This document shows, piece by piece, positions 1 to 9,435 of a DNA stretch of 64,000 nucleotides. Within the stretch, counting starts at the first letter, position 1. Each line of letters opens with the position of its first letter. The DNA lies in the IMG/VR virus record IMGVR_UViG_3300016480_000004; one strand, 5' to 3'. Source of the DNA: a virus. Lineage: Duplodnaviria; Heunggongvirae; Uroviricota; Caudoviricetes; Crassvirales. The notes beneath the pieces are model-generated. The model searched no databases and was not told the DNA's origin. It saw only the letters and a program-made list of their open reading frames with translations. The translations under genes were made by a program, and so were the position numbers.

Positions 1-3000
1 CTTAGTCTGCCAGATAATATTGAAATCAGCCATATCCCACTTACCATTTTGGAAGTTATCAAAGGCTCTCTGCATATCATCTGTCCACTGACCAGACATA
101 TCAAGAATAGCTCTGTAAGAACTTAATGACCTATAAGCCTGAGCATCTGCTACATTTACTTCTCTAAACTTGTTTAAGATTAAATCTCTGTCTCTCTTTA
201 GCATCTCACCTTTCTTGACTCTTTCATCAAGTACAGTTGCAATATCATCAAGTACAGAAGATACAATCTCATCATCCTTTAGATAAATAGTTCTCTCTTC
301 TTTTCTACCATACTTAGAGTTGGTATTAAGTCTGAGAGCAGGAGCATGAACTTCCTTATATCTCTTTTGAAAGTCTTCTACATTCGTATAGAAAGCAAGG
401 TCAGTTGTAGTGAGTTCAATGATTTGTGATGTGGCAAACTTACTATTCCAGAAGTATTCTCTCAACTTAGCTTTGGCATTATTTCTAATAACCAAGTTTC
501 TGTTGATACTATCTACTTCTTTGGGAGTAATCTCACCTCTTACCATCTTCTCTCTCAATAAGTCCTTGATACTTTCAAAAAGAGTAGTTGCCCTTCTATC
601 ATCCACTGGATTATTATTGTTGTAATCCCTTAAAAGAATGTCCATCTCTGTAGTCCACATTCCTTCAAGAGCCTTCTTTGCATTATTCAAAGAAGTTGCT
701 GTATTCCTGTTATAAGAGCTTTGACCAGCATTTACACCAATTACTCCAAGATATTTGTACTTACCATTAGGCAGTTCTTCAAGTAAACCAGCTTTAGACC
801 ATTCTTTGTAAGTCTGTTCAAACTCATTGTCAAGAGCTTCTCTTACTGACTCTCTGATGAACCCTCTTAGCTCAGCACCAGTTCCTTCATTCTGGATTCT
901 CTGGAACCTATCAAGAAAAGTCTCACCATTGTCATATCTTACATCATTCAGAGCTGTAAGGAACTTAAATTCAGCACCACCAATACTCTTAATAGTACCA
1001 TCCTTCCCCCTTACTATATCATAGTTTGCAATAGGAGCAACATTTGGATTACCCTTTTGATATTCAATGTCTCTTTGATTTACAAGAGCTATTCTATCTA
1101 CCTCTTGATTAACCAAATCAACCATCCTATCAAGGATAATATCATCATACTTCATATACTCACCATCTTCTCCAATAATGCTATGATTGTCATACTTCCT
1201 GAATCTAATGAACTCAGCAGAAGGACTATCTGAAAGAATTGGCACATGGTAATTAGCCCATTGAATATCAGATTTACTGTTATCTGGGTCTCCAAAGTAT
1301 TCTGTAAGTAATACTAAGGTGTAATCCAAATCATCCCAGTTCTGATATGCAACCTTATCTGAGTTAAGTAGAACCTTATGGCTCAATCCTCTTCTCATTT
1401 CAGGGTTATTTACCAGTTGTTCAATCCAGTCATTTCTCCATCTACCATCCTTATAGAACCATTCATATTGTCCAAATTCATTTTCAATAAACTCTTTGAA
1501 TCTTGCTTCATTACCCATAACATTCTTAAGCTGTTTAATCAACTTGCCAAGATAGTTAGGAGTAATATGGCTATAGTATGACTTATCATTTTCTCTCACA
1601 CTACTTTCAATGGCATCTTCTGTTACTTCTGCAAGCATCATAGCTATACTATTATAAGCAGAACCAAAGGTATTTATCAAATCCCCTCTTTTTTCAGTTC
1701 CATCTTCAAGAGTCTCAGATTTAACCTGACCTTTCTTTACACCACTGAATATGATATTTAATTGAGGAAGAAGCAACATAATTGGGTCTGTTGCAGTACC
1801 ACCTTCATATTGCTTTATGTTAGTAAGAGCATCCAATAATACACCCTGATTAGCATTGATACCAATCATATTAAGGAGCTTATTCAGTGTCTTCCATATC
1901 CTTTCATCCTGTAGAAGTTCCAACCTTTGTTCTGTACTAAGATTGGTAAATCTGTTATTGAGAGCCTCAGTCCATTTAAGACCATTCTCTGCATTTTCAA
2001 GATTCAAGTCTCCACTCTTATCATAGATACTATCATCATCAAGCAGATTACCAGTCTCATAGTTATCCCTCCATTCATCAAGCAGATAATAGACACCCTC
2101 AGGCTTATTGATAGCAATAGTTTCCATCTTGAAAGTACCATCAGCCTGTAGTTTCTTCTTCTGAATCCAGTAAGGCACAAAGTCCTTTCTGAAATCCTGA
2201 TAGAACTGACTGAATAGTTTGGGTTCAGCCTGTAGTTTCTTGACTACTTGCTTAGTCCAAGGCTTAGTATTACCCAGAGTCTCCAGAAGTGGTAACATAT
2301 CATCAGATGTAATCATATTTCTGAGCTTATCTATAAGGGTTGCATGAACATAGTCTGCATCAAGAAATCTCAGATTTCCTAAATCATCCTTATCATACTT
2401 TCCTCTGTAGTCAAGTTGGGGTATCTCTCTAATTACCTTTCTAACCTCCTGACTTAGAGATTCATGAGAACTTACTTCTCTATAATTAGTCATCCATCCA
2501 TCCTTGAAAGCCTCATCCTTTACAAAATCATCAGCCTGTGTATCTACTGCACTATCCCCCTCAGGAGTATCATTATTAAGGTTGGCATCTTTAGGGGCAA
2601 TATAATTAGGGTCAATTCTAATCCCCTCTGTGGCTATTAGTATAGTACTTGCTTCCTCAGCCAAAGGTTTGAAGTTATCTACCACCTTCTGATAAGCATT
2701 AGTTTTATATAATGCCTTCTTCTTTGCAGCTTCATACTTCTGTTCATCACTATATCTCTCAGAACCCTTCATACTATTGATTGTATTTAGTTCTGATTGT
2801 ATCCTATTCTCCTCAGAGTCAAGTATATAGTTATTGAAATAATCCTTTACTCTACTAAATAAGCCAGCAGGTATATATAACTTGATTATCTTGAATCTAT
2901 CAAGAGTTCCTAACTCTTCTTTCAATTCATTGACAGCAAGTACATCACCTTCTTTTTCAGCATCAGCAATTCTCTTATTAAGAGTATCATTGTGTTCTTG

Positions 3001-4197
3001 CAGTGCTGTATCTACTTCATTGCTAAAGAATCTTGCAATCAGACTAACCCTATCTCTTCTTGTTCTCGGGTCAAAGTCCAAATCTACTTTAGCTTGTTCT
3101 TCTACACTTGAAATCCTTGGAGTTTCAAATGAAGATGAAAGTGCTTTATCAAGCATCTCTATAGCTTCTTGTAAAGGAGTCTCATTAAGAATTTCAGCCA
3201 AAGCTCTTGCTTGGCTTACTCTTGTATTAGCAAATTGGTCAGTAAGAGTCTTACCTGCTGACTTGGCTCTAAGCTCATTTATTAACTCAGGGTTTTGTCT
3301 TGCCCATTCTTGCCATAGTGGTAAATAGCCTTCAGTATAAGAGAAATCTTCAAGCTCTTCTCTTGATAGATTGAACTTTCCAGTATCTACCCATTCCTTA
3401 CTAAATACTATATTAGCAGGGATAGAACCAGCTTTCAGGAACATATCTATCATTTCTAACCCTGTATAGCCATTAAGAGATACCTTATCAGTATTTCTGT
3501 AGGCTACCTTAAACTGTTTATCAGGATTTTGACTTGCAGTTTCATAGAGTTTCTTGATGCTTGTAATAATCTGTTCAGGAGATATGCTTCTAAGACTGTT
3601 ATTCTCCTTTACTCTAAGGTCTTTAGTAGGTAAAGCATAGGCATTACCTTGCAACCCCTCTCCTTGACTATATATAGCACCAAATTGTTCTCTTGCAACT
3701 TTGGCAGCTCCCGCACCATGTCTACCTTCAGGATTACTGCCAAATACAAATATAGTATTAGAATCTGGAGTAATATTTCCAGTATAACTACCTACTGAAG
3801 TTCTATATAATTTAGAGCCTTTAGAAGGAGCCTGACCTTTTCCGCTCTTCTTGATAACAGCCTGATAGACATCCTCAATAGTTCTGCCTCCTACATCTAC
3901 ACCATCAATTATAGTACCCTTAGCAAATTTGGCAACTAAAGCACTAAATCTTTTATCTCCTTTGGTAGAGACTTCATAAGAATTAGAAGCAGTTCTTGCC
4001 CATCCTAAATAAGAACCTTTTCTTAGTTCTGCCCTAAAGTTATTTAGTTCAGAAGCAGTAGGATAAGTGTCCCAGTCCTTATTATTCTTGTCCTGCCAAA
4101 GCTCAACAAGTCCCTTGACTGATTCTATAGTTTCACCTTGTAATTTAGCAGCCAATTCTTCTATTGTGGAATTAGTTGTGATACATCTTTTACTCAT
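1..4197 (-). CDS. Giant hypothetical protein, partial (N-terminus at 4197, continues past the window start, at least 1399 aa)
   Basis: Manual reverse-strand translation from ATG at 4197 to position 1 shows no in-frame stop. It is missing from the ORF track only because it is truncated by the window edge. The N-terminal region has a Gly-rich Rossmann-like loop FVFGSNPEGRHGAGAAKVAREQFG (macro/LOG-like?). Confidence 0.6.
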   Translation of the reverse strand, partial: MSKRCITTNSTIEELAAKLQGETIESVKGLVELWQDKNNKDWDTYPTASELNNFRAELRKGSYLGWARTASNSYEVSTKGDKRFSALVAKFAKGTIIDGVDVGGRTIEDVYQAVIKKSGKGQAPSKGSKLYRTSVGSYTGNITPDSNTIFVFGSNPEGRHGAGAAKVAREQFGAIYSQGEGLQGNAYALPTKDLRVKENNSLRSISPEQIITSIKKLYETASQNPDKQFKVAYRNTDKVSLNGYTGLEMIDMFLKAGSIPANIVFSKEWVDTGKFNLSREELEDFSYTEGYLPLWQEWARQNPELINELRAKSAGKTLTDQFANTRVSQARALAEILNETPLQEAIEMLDKALSSSFETPRISSVEEQAKVDLDFDPRTRRDRVSLIARFFSNEVDTALQEHNDTLNKRIADAEKEGDVLAVNELKEELGTLDRFKIIKLYIPAGLFSRVKDYFNNYILDSEENRIQSELNTINSMKGSERYSDEQKYEAAKKKALYKTNAYQKVVDNFKPLAEEASTILIATEGIRIDPNYIAPKDANLNNDTPEGDSAVDTQADDFVKDEAFKDGWMTNYREVSSHESLSQEVRKVIREIPQLDYRGKYDKDDLGNLRFLDADYVHATLIDKLRNMITSDDMLPLLETLGNTKPWTKQVVKKLQAEPKLFSQFYQDFRKDFVPYWIQKKKLQADGTFKMETIAINKPEGVYYLLDEWRDNYETGNLLDDDSIYDKSGDLNLENAENGLKWTEALNNRFTNLSTEQRLELLQDERIWKTLNKLLNMIGINANQGVLLDALTNIKQYEGGTATDPIMLLLPQLNIIFSGVKKGQVKSETLEDGTEKRGDLINTFGSAYNSIAMMLAEVTEDAIESSVRENDKSYYSHITPNYLGKLIKQLKNVMGNEARFKEFIENEFGQYEWFYKDGRWRNDWIEQLVNNPEMRRGLSHKVLLNSDKVAYQNWDDLDYTLVLLTEYFGDPDNSKSDIQWANYHVPILSDSPSAEFIRFRKYDNHSIIGEDGEYMKYDDIILDRMVDLVNQEVDRIALVNQRDIEYQKGNPNVAPIANYDIVRGKDGTIKSIGGAEFKFLTALNDVRYDNGETFLDRFQRIQNEGTGAELRGFIRESVREALDNEFEQTYKEWSKAGLLEELPNGKYKYLGVIGVNAGQSSYNRNTATSLNNAKKALEGMWTTEMDILLRDYNNNNPVDDRRATTLFESIKDLLREKMVRGEITPKEVDSINRNLVIRNNAKAKLREYFWNSKFATSQIIELTTTDLAFYTNVEDFQKRYKEVHAPALRLNTNSKYGRKEERTIYLKDDEIVSSVLDDIATVLDERVKKGEMLKRDRDLILNKFREVNVADAQAYRSLSSYRAILDMSGQWTDDMQRAFDNFQNGKWDMADFNIIWQTK

Positions 4198-4321
4198 CTT
4201 GTTATAGATTTATAATTAAATTTATGTGCAAATATAAAGGTTGTTTTCTTAATATGCAAGTTATTAAGGGTTTTCTTTTTGAGAGGTAAACCAAACTCTT
4301 TAAAAATAAGAAAGAGGGGAC

Positions 4322-4594
4322 TTATTGCCCCTCTTCTCCTAATTTATTCCAAAATTCATCCTCAAGTAGTAAAATAGGTTGCTCTATACTTACTCCATGA
4401 GCTAAAGCTCCAGCAACATCAAGTAAAGCAATAGTAAGTCTTTGGGAGTCTGTAAACTCCCATTTATTAGACTTACATTGCTCTCTTATACTTATTAATT
4501 CCTTTCTAATCTCCTTAGCAAAGCTTAGATTGCAAGTACACATTCCAAAGGATTCTAATAGTTCTTCATTACTCAACAACATATTTAACACCAT
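4322..4594 (-). CDS. Hypothetical protein
   Basis: ORF track. Overlaps the start of the next gene. Confidence 0.3.
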   Translation of the reverse strand: MVLNMLLSNEELLESFGMCTCNLSFAKEIRKELISIREQCKSNKWEFTDSQRLTIALLDVAGALAHGVSIEQPILLLEDEFWNKLGEEGQ

Positions 4595-5195
4595 TGAAGA
4601 TAAGCTGTTTAATTGTATTAATATTAACCAGTCTTTCGCCAGTTTCTTTTGGACCTCTTACAACATCCATATCCATACATTTGTACTTACCATCCCTTGA
4701 TACAAACTGCATCTTGTAGCCTCTTAGTACCCTATCTTCACCTTCAATAAAATCCTTAATAGGGTTATTCTGAATGTGTTCCAGAGCTTCTTTATAAGCT
4801 GTAGCCATTGACTTTTTGGCTTTCTTAGCCTTATCAATTAGAGCTATAGCCTCTTGTCTTTGTGCTTCCCTCTCAGCTTCATACTGCTTCTTGATTTTAG
4901 CTTTATCCTGCTTTTGGAACACAACAGTAAATACCTCAGAAGATTTGATACCCTCAAATATTGTCCTTATACCCGGAGTACCATCTTTCTTATCTTCTTT
5001 AGTTACTTTTACTTCTTTGTCATACTGGTCAGAAGTATTAAGCAGGTCTTGAACATAACCATAACCTAATGTTACTGACTTTCCACTCTCTGTATGTTTG
5101 AATTTGATTGTATCTTTACCAATCTCTTCAACAATGTAATGTGACTCTTCTGAGAATACATCACCTACTGCTATCTCTTTAATATTGATTTTCAT
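4569..5195 (-). CDS. Hypothetical protein (K/E-rich)
   Basis: ORF track. Confidence 0.45.
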   Translation of the reverse strand: MKINIKEIAVGDVFSEESHYIVEEIGKDTIKFKHTESGKSVTLGYGYVQDLLNTSDQYDKEVKVTKEDKKDGTPGIRTIFEGIKSSEVFTVVFQKQDKAKIKKQYEAEREAQRQEAIALIDKAKKAKKSMATAYKEALEHIQNNPIKDFIEGEDRVLRGYKMQFVSRDGKYKCMDMDVVRGPKETGERLVNINTIKQLIFNGVKYVVE

Positions 5196-5206
5196 TGTTC
5201 TTGATT

Positions 5207-5974
5207 TTAATCTATTACTTCTTTTGAATAAGCAGTATATACTGCACTTAATTCTACATCATCCTTTACAGAATCCATAGTAGCCTTATACATAGCCTTT
5301 GTTCTTGTTCCTCCTCTACTTAATGCAGCAGCTTCTATTACTTGAGAAGTTTTACCACTATTCTTGAAGGGAACACTCACACCATTTGTCATAGCAGAAA
5401 GCTTTTTATACCATTCAACATACATAGGGTTAATAGTCATAGTATCAAATTTGATACCCAATTCACTGGCTTTCTGAGCTTCTTCCCTCCAATCAATTTG
5501 GGCATTCTTTACAATATTTCTGTAACTATACCCCACCTCATGAGGTGCTGCATCAGCAATCAATAATACTGCTTTAGTAGAACCTTGTCTCCATGTAGTT
5601 TCCTCAGTGATTTTCTTAATGACTAATTCATAGAACTCATCACCATCTCCACCACTTGTATTTTGAGCCTCATTGATAAACTTGATGATTTCATTTTCAT
5701 CATTGGTCAGACCTAATACTTGATAAGCATTACCAAAGTTATCCTTACTATCCATATCATAATAGTCACCAAATGCTACTATACCAATCCTTAAATCAGG
5801 ATTAGAACTAAACAGTTTGGGAACTAACTCCTTCACATGGGTCTTAACTGCATTAATATAAGTTGACATAGAGCCAGTTGTATCAAATGCAATTACCATG
5901 TCAAGCATACCATCAGTAGTAGATGATTCTACTACTTTAGGCAGCTCTTTTGTCTTAATTAAATTTGTTCTCAT
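5207..5974 (-). CDS. vWA (von Willebrand factor A)-like domain protein
   Basis: MIDAS-like D-T-T-G-S motif (AFDTTGSM) and IGIVAFGDYYD. Confidence 0.55.
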   Translation of the reverse strand: MRTNLIKTKELPKVVESSTTDGMLDMVIAFDTTGSMSTYINAVKTHVKELVPKLFSSNPDLRIGIVAFGDYYDMDSKDNFGNAYQVLGLTNDENEIIKFINEAQNTSGGDGDEFYELVIKKITEETTWRQGSTKAVLLIADAAPHEVGYSYRNIVKNAQIDWREEAQKASELGIKFDTMTINPMYVEWYKKLSAMTNGVSVPFKNSGKTSQVIEAAALSRGGTRTKAMYKATMDSVKDDVELSAVYTAYSKEVID

Positions 5975-6216
5975 TAAATGAACTTTTCAAGATTTGACAT
6001 AAACTCTTGAGCCTCTTTCTGAGTTTCAGATATGAAACCTATTTCATCCTCAAGGAGTTTTACCTTTTGTTTTTTACTGTTAATATCTGACTGCATTTCT
6101 GCATTCAATTTTGAAGCATCTTCATGTGCTTTCTTAAACATTGATTTTACTCCAGTCAGCCTTTCCTTAAATGAAGGCTCCGCAATTACTGCTTGTTTCT
6201 TACTTCCAAATGCCAT
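5974..6216 (-). CDS. Hypothetical coiled-coil protein
   Basis: ORF track. Confidence 0.4.
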   Translation of the reverse strand: MAFGSKKQAVIAEPSFKERLTGVKSMFKKAHEDASKLNAEMQSDINSKKQKVKLLEDEIGFISETQKEAQEFMSNLEKFI

Positions 6217-6234
6217 TGTTTCTTTTTCCTTAAG

Positions 6235-7092
6235 TTATACAATATAGTTTCTTTTAATAAATTCTTTATGTAGAGGTTGTGCCAGTTCTCTTGCTTGAGG
6301 GTGAGCACTGCCTGCATCTCTCAACTTAAAGAAATGCTCCCAATCACTTATAAAACCCGTCATTACTAACTCTGTCTTAAGTGCATTAGGCAACACTGCT
6401 CTTGCTTGTTGGGAAACCCAACCATCCTCTAACAATTTTAAGTATCTTATTTCATTGTCATACAAACCACACAAGAAATTAATTTCAATATCAGTTAAGA
6501 TTCCATTAGCATTATACATAAGTTTAGGATTATTTTCATAATCCCTTATATTAACATTAGTACACCACTGAGGGAGTATATAAGTAACACCCTGAAACTT
6601 ATCCTTAGAATAGTTACAATACCTTGTACTCTCTTGAGCAAAACTAAATACTCTATGCCTTACAAACTCATGACTTACCCCTCTATCACAAATAAACTTA
6701 ACTGTGATTCTCTTCTTATGATACTCTGTAGGATTACATTGATACTTTAATAAATCTAACCAATCATTCTCAACTAATACTCTATAGTTAGTAGTAATAT
6801 AATACAAATCAGTAGAGGAAACAAATGTTATTTCACTATATTTATTATTAGCTAATTCCCACAATCTCCCATCTTCAAGGTCTAGTTCTACTAATAGATA
6901 TACAGTACCATGCTCCAACATAGCACCATGACCTGACTTAATCATTCGTTCCACAAACTCTTTAGCAGAAGTTTCTGTTATCTTATCCTCAGATTTATAA
7001 CATACTCTTCCTGCCCTTTCAATCTGTTTGTAAACCCCTTCAAGACCTTCTTGTTGGTCCCAAATTTCAAAACTTGGTTTAATTAATTTCAT
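6235..7092 (-). CDS. thyX: Flavin-dependent thymidylate synthase
   Basis: ThyX signature RHR-x7-S (RHRVFSFAQES). Confidence 0.7.
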   Translation of the reverse strand: MKLIKPSFEIWDQQEGLEGVYKQIERAGRVCYKSEDKITETSAKEFVERMIKSGHGAMLEHGTVYLLVELDLEDGRLWELANNKYSEITFVSSTDLYYITTNYRVLVENDWLDLLKYQCNPTEYHKKRITVKFICDRGVSHEFVRHRVFSFAQESTRYCNYSKDKFQGVTYILPQWCTNVNIRDYENNPKLMYNANGILTDIEINFLCGLYDNEIRYLKLLEDGWVSQQARAVLPNALKTELVMTGFISDWEHFFKLRDAGSAHPQARELAQPLHKEFIKRNYIV

Positions 7093-7319
7093 TCTTCCAA
7101 TATTACAATTTCATCAAAATCAACTTTCTTAGGAAAGTCCTGTCTTCTCACCTTCTCTTCAAGGGCTTCCTTAATTTGTTCCTCCTCTGCATCTGGGGAT
7201 AATTCAACCTCATCATAATATGATATGGTTACACTCACAAACCTCCTATGTTTTACATCAAGAGATTGATTCCAAGGTGCTCTGGGGTCTTCATCAGCCC
7301 CTAATGGTGCATTGTTCAT
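7089..7319 (-). CDS. Hypothetical protein
   Basis: ORF track. Start overlaps the upstream stop by 4 nt. Confidence 0.4.
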   Translation of the reverse strand: MNNAPLGADEDPRAPWNQSLDVKHRRFVSVTISYYDEVELSPDAEEEQIKEALEEKVRRQDFPKKVDFDEIVILEE

Positions 7320-7531
7320 TCTCTTTTCCTTTTTTTAAGTTTCTTAATATTTATCTCTAAATTATTCTCCTTTATCAGTCGAGCTGCAATAACACTTTCA
7401 AGTTTTAATGGGATACTAATATGTCTTCCTTTTTCATTAAGGTAGATAGCATGGTCTCCATTATGTCTGTCATAATAGAAACTATTAGCTACTACCACCC
7501 TAACAAACTCTCTATGTGTAAATTGTTTCAT
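7316..7531 (-). CDS. HicA-like (YcfA family) mRNA interferase toxin-like protein
   Basis: Matches the HicA pattern: ...NSFYYDRHNGDHAIY...GRHISIPLK...IAARLIKE. Confidence 0.45.
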   Translation of the reverse strand: MKQFTHREFVRVVVANSFYYDRHNGDHAIYLNEKGRHISIPLKLESVIAARLIKENNLEINIKKLKKRKRE

Positions 7532-7532
7532 T

Positions 7533-7844
7533 TCATGATATTACTTCTTCATAAGTTACCACTTGTTCAGCTATAAGAGCATTACAAGGGGGTACAATCA
7601 CTTGTTCAATTCTTGTTACTTTATACAGATGTGAACTCCCATTATATATACCATTACCCTTCAAGAGCATTTCTGCTTGTTTAGGATTAGTAGCCTTACA
7701 CACTGCACATCCTTTACCTATACCAGTAACTTCATATTCTATAACCCAGAGTTGCATTGCTCCATCAGGAGCACACTCCATATCTACCCTATCTCTATTA
7801 GGGAGTACATTATTTGGGGCACAATAAATTCCTTGTACTGCCAT
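7533..7844 (-). CDS. Hypothetical protein (possible antitoxin partner of the HicA-like gene)
   Basis: Lies directly upstream of the HicA-like gene with a 1-nt gap. Confidence 0.35.
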   Translation of the reverse strand: MAVQGIYCAPNNVLPNRDRVDMECAPDGAMQLWVIEYEVTGIGKGCAVCKATNPKQAEMLLKGNGIYNGSSHLYKVTRIEQVIVPPCNALIAEQVVTYEEVIS

Positions 7845-7896
7845 ACTATTTATTTATATCTATACATACTTTTTACTTTATTCACTCTACCCACGG

Positions 7897-8160
7897 CTAT
7901 AATCCTAAATCAATTTGTCTAATCCTCTCCTTACAAATATGGATAATCTTCTCATAATCTAATTTCCTGCTATCAGTATTTTTAATTCTGAGTACCCTCT
8001 TCACTATATCAGCATCCCAAGGATTAAGCTTATACTCTAGCCATATATCCCAAGGCTGTATCCTATGTTTAGAATAGTCTGATTGACCCACATTATAACT
8101 CCTTACATCCTCTTTAAGGATACTACTTTCAGGGATTCTTTCCCTATTATCTTCAATCAT
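7897..8160 (-). CDS. Hypothetical protein
   Basis: ORF track. Confidence 0.4.
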   Translation of the reverse strand: MIEDNRERIPESSILKEDVRSYNVGQSDYSKHRIQPWDIWLEYKLNPWDADIVKRVLRIKNTDSRKLDYEKIIHICKERIRQIDLGL

Positions 8161-8477
8161 ATCTTATTAGTCCTCCATTCTTTTAATGTTACAAACTGTT
8201 TAAAGAAATCCTTTCTTTCCCTAATAAAAATATCTCCAGTCTTAAGACTAATATAGGCTATAGATTCAAACCACTTCCTGCTTGTAATATCTTTCATTTG
8301 ACATACATACAAAGGTTTATATTGCCCTCCAGTCTTCTTATGGACCCAAATCCTTTCCTTATCTACTTTATTCTGGTATTTGATAAGGAATCCTACTCCT
8401 ATAAAACAAAGGAGTAGGATTAATCCAAGTATAATTTGTTCTGTCATATTAATGTACCCAGTGGTCATGGGCATCAC
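8157..8477 (-). CDS. Small membrane protein
   Basis: N-terminal hydrophobic helix ILGLILLLCFIGVGFLI. Confidence 0.4.
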   Translation of the reverse strand: MMPMTTGYINMTEQIILGLILLLCFIGVGFLIKYQNKVDKERIWVHKKTGGQYKPLYVCQMKDITSRKWFESIAYISLKTGDIFIRERKDFFKQFVTLKEWRTNKI

Positions 8478-8708
8478 CCTCAGCAGGAAGTTCTACTTTC
8501 CTACAGAAGAATGCTCCAGCCTTTTTCATACAATCTTTCAAAACCTCTGTCATTTCATCTGCTATCTCTTCTGGAACCTCTATATTCCATTCATCATGTG
8601 CTGGAATACAGAATTTAACCTTGAAAACAAGGTTATGTTCAAGAATATACTGCCATAGAAATACAGAAGCTACCTTAAACATCAGTGCTCCAGTCAATTT
8701 TGTTATCT

Positions 8709-9287
8709 CTAAGGCTCTTTATCCTTAGATTCAATAGGTTCTTCTTCCCTATTGTTCAGACTATATCTTAAAACATTTTTACAAAACATCTTGAGTTCTT
8801 CTAAAGTTGCAGAGTTTTTCATAGAATTTGCCTTTTTTGATATAATTTGTATATTTCCTTTTATATACCCTTTACTATTATCTATTCTATCTAAAGATGG
8901 AGAATATTCATAGTCTTCTTTAGTTCCTATAACAAGGGGAACTTCCAAAATAGGGCATAGGTTAGGTATTACTATACAATCCTCTGTCAAATCAAAGGTT
9001 AATCCTCTTTCCTCTGCTCTCCTTTTTGCTTGAGCTATCATATTTTTCTTGTATCTCCTTATAAATTCTTTTCTTCTATTCCACAAATACTGTTCTCTTA
9101 GTTCAGGAAAGACTTTCATTTTAATAGTCTTCCTATCCCAATTAGATAGATTTGTGGAACACTCTTTACAGAATAATTGTTTCTTAGGAGTACTTCCAAT
9201 ATGTTTTCTAACTCCAAACTCATTACCACAATTTAAACATTTTCTTATTTCTTTACTCATAAAGGTTATTTTAATAATCCAATGCAA
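8709..9287 (-). CDS. HNH homing endonuclease with N-terminal zinc finger
   Basis: CxxC...CxxC at the N-terminus. HNH-like SLDRIDNSKGYIKGNIQIISKKANSMK at the C-terminus. Confidence 0.55.
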   Translation of the reverse strand: MHWIIKITFMSKEIRKCLNCGNEFGVRKHIGSTPKKQLFCKECSTNLSNWDRKTIKMKVFPELREQYLWNRRKEFIRRYKKNMIAQAKRRAEERGLTFDLTEDCIVIPNLCPILEVPLVIGTKEDYEYSPSLDRIDNSKGYIKGNIQIISKKANSMKNSATLEELKMFCKNVLRYSLNNREEEPIESKDKEP

Positions 9288-9435
9288 ATATAGGTATTTT
9301 AATTGATATTTCCAAATGTTTTCCCTGCTTTCGTGTTACTTTACCATCCCATAGGGACTCCATGTATTAGTCGTTGCACCTTACAAATATTACTATTTGT
9401 CTTGGCTCAGTATTCCCATCTCAGGGTTCACTGAA

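Noticed and set aside
1-4200. Apparent absence of long ORFs in the ORF track. Suspected stop-codon reassignment (alternative genetic code), as in some crAss-like phages.
   Set aside because: Manual translation shows a continuous standard-code ORF on the minus strand. It was omitted from the track only because it lacks a stop within the window. All other long genes are also open in code 11 and no suppressor tRNA anticodons were found.
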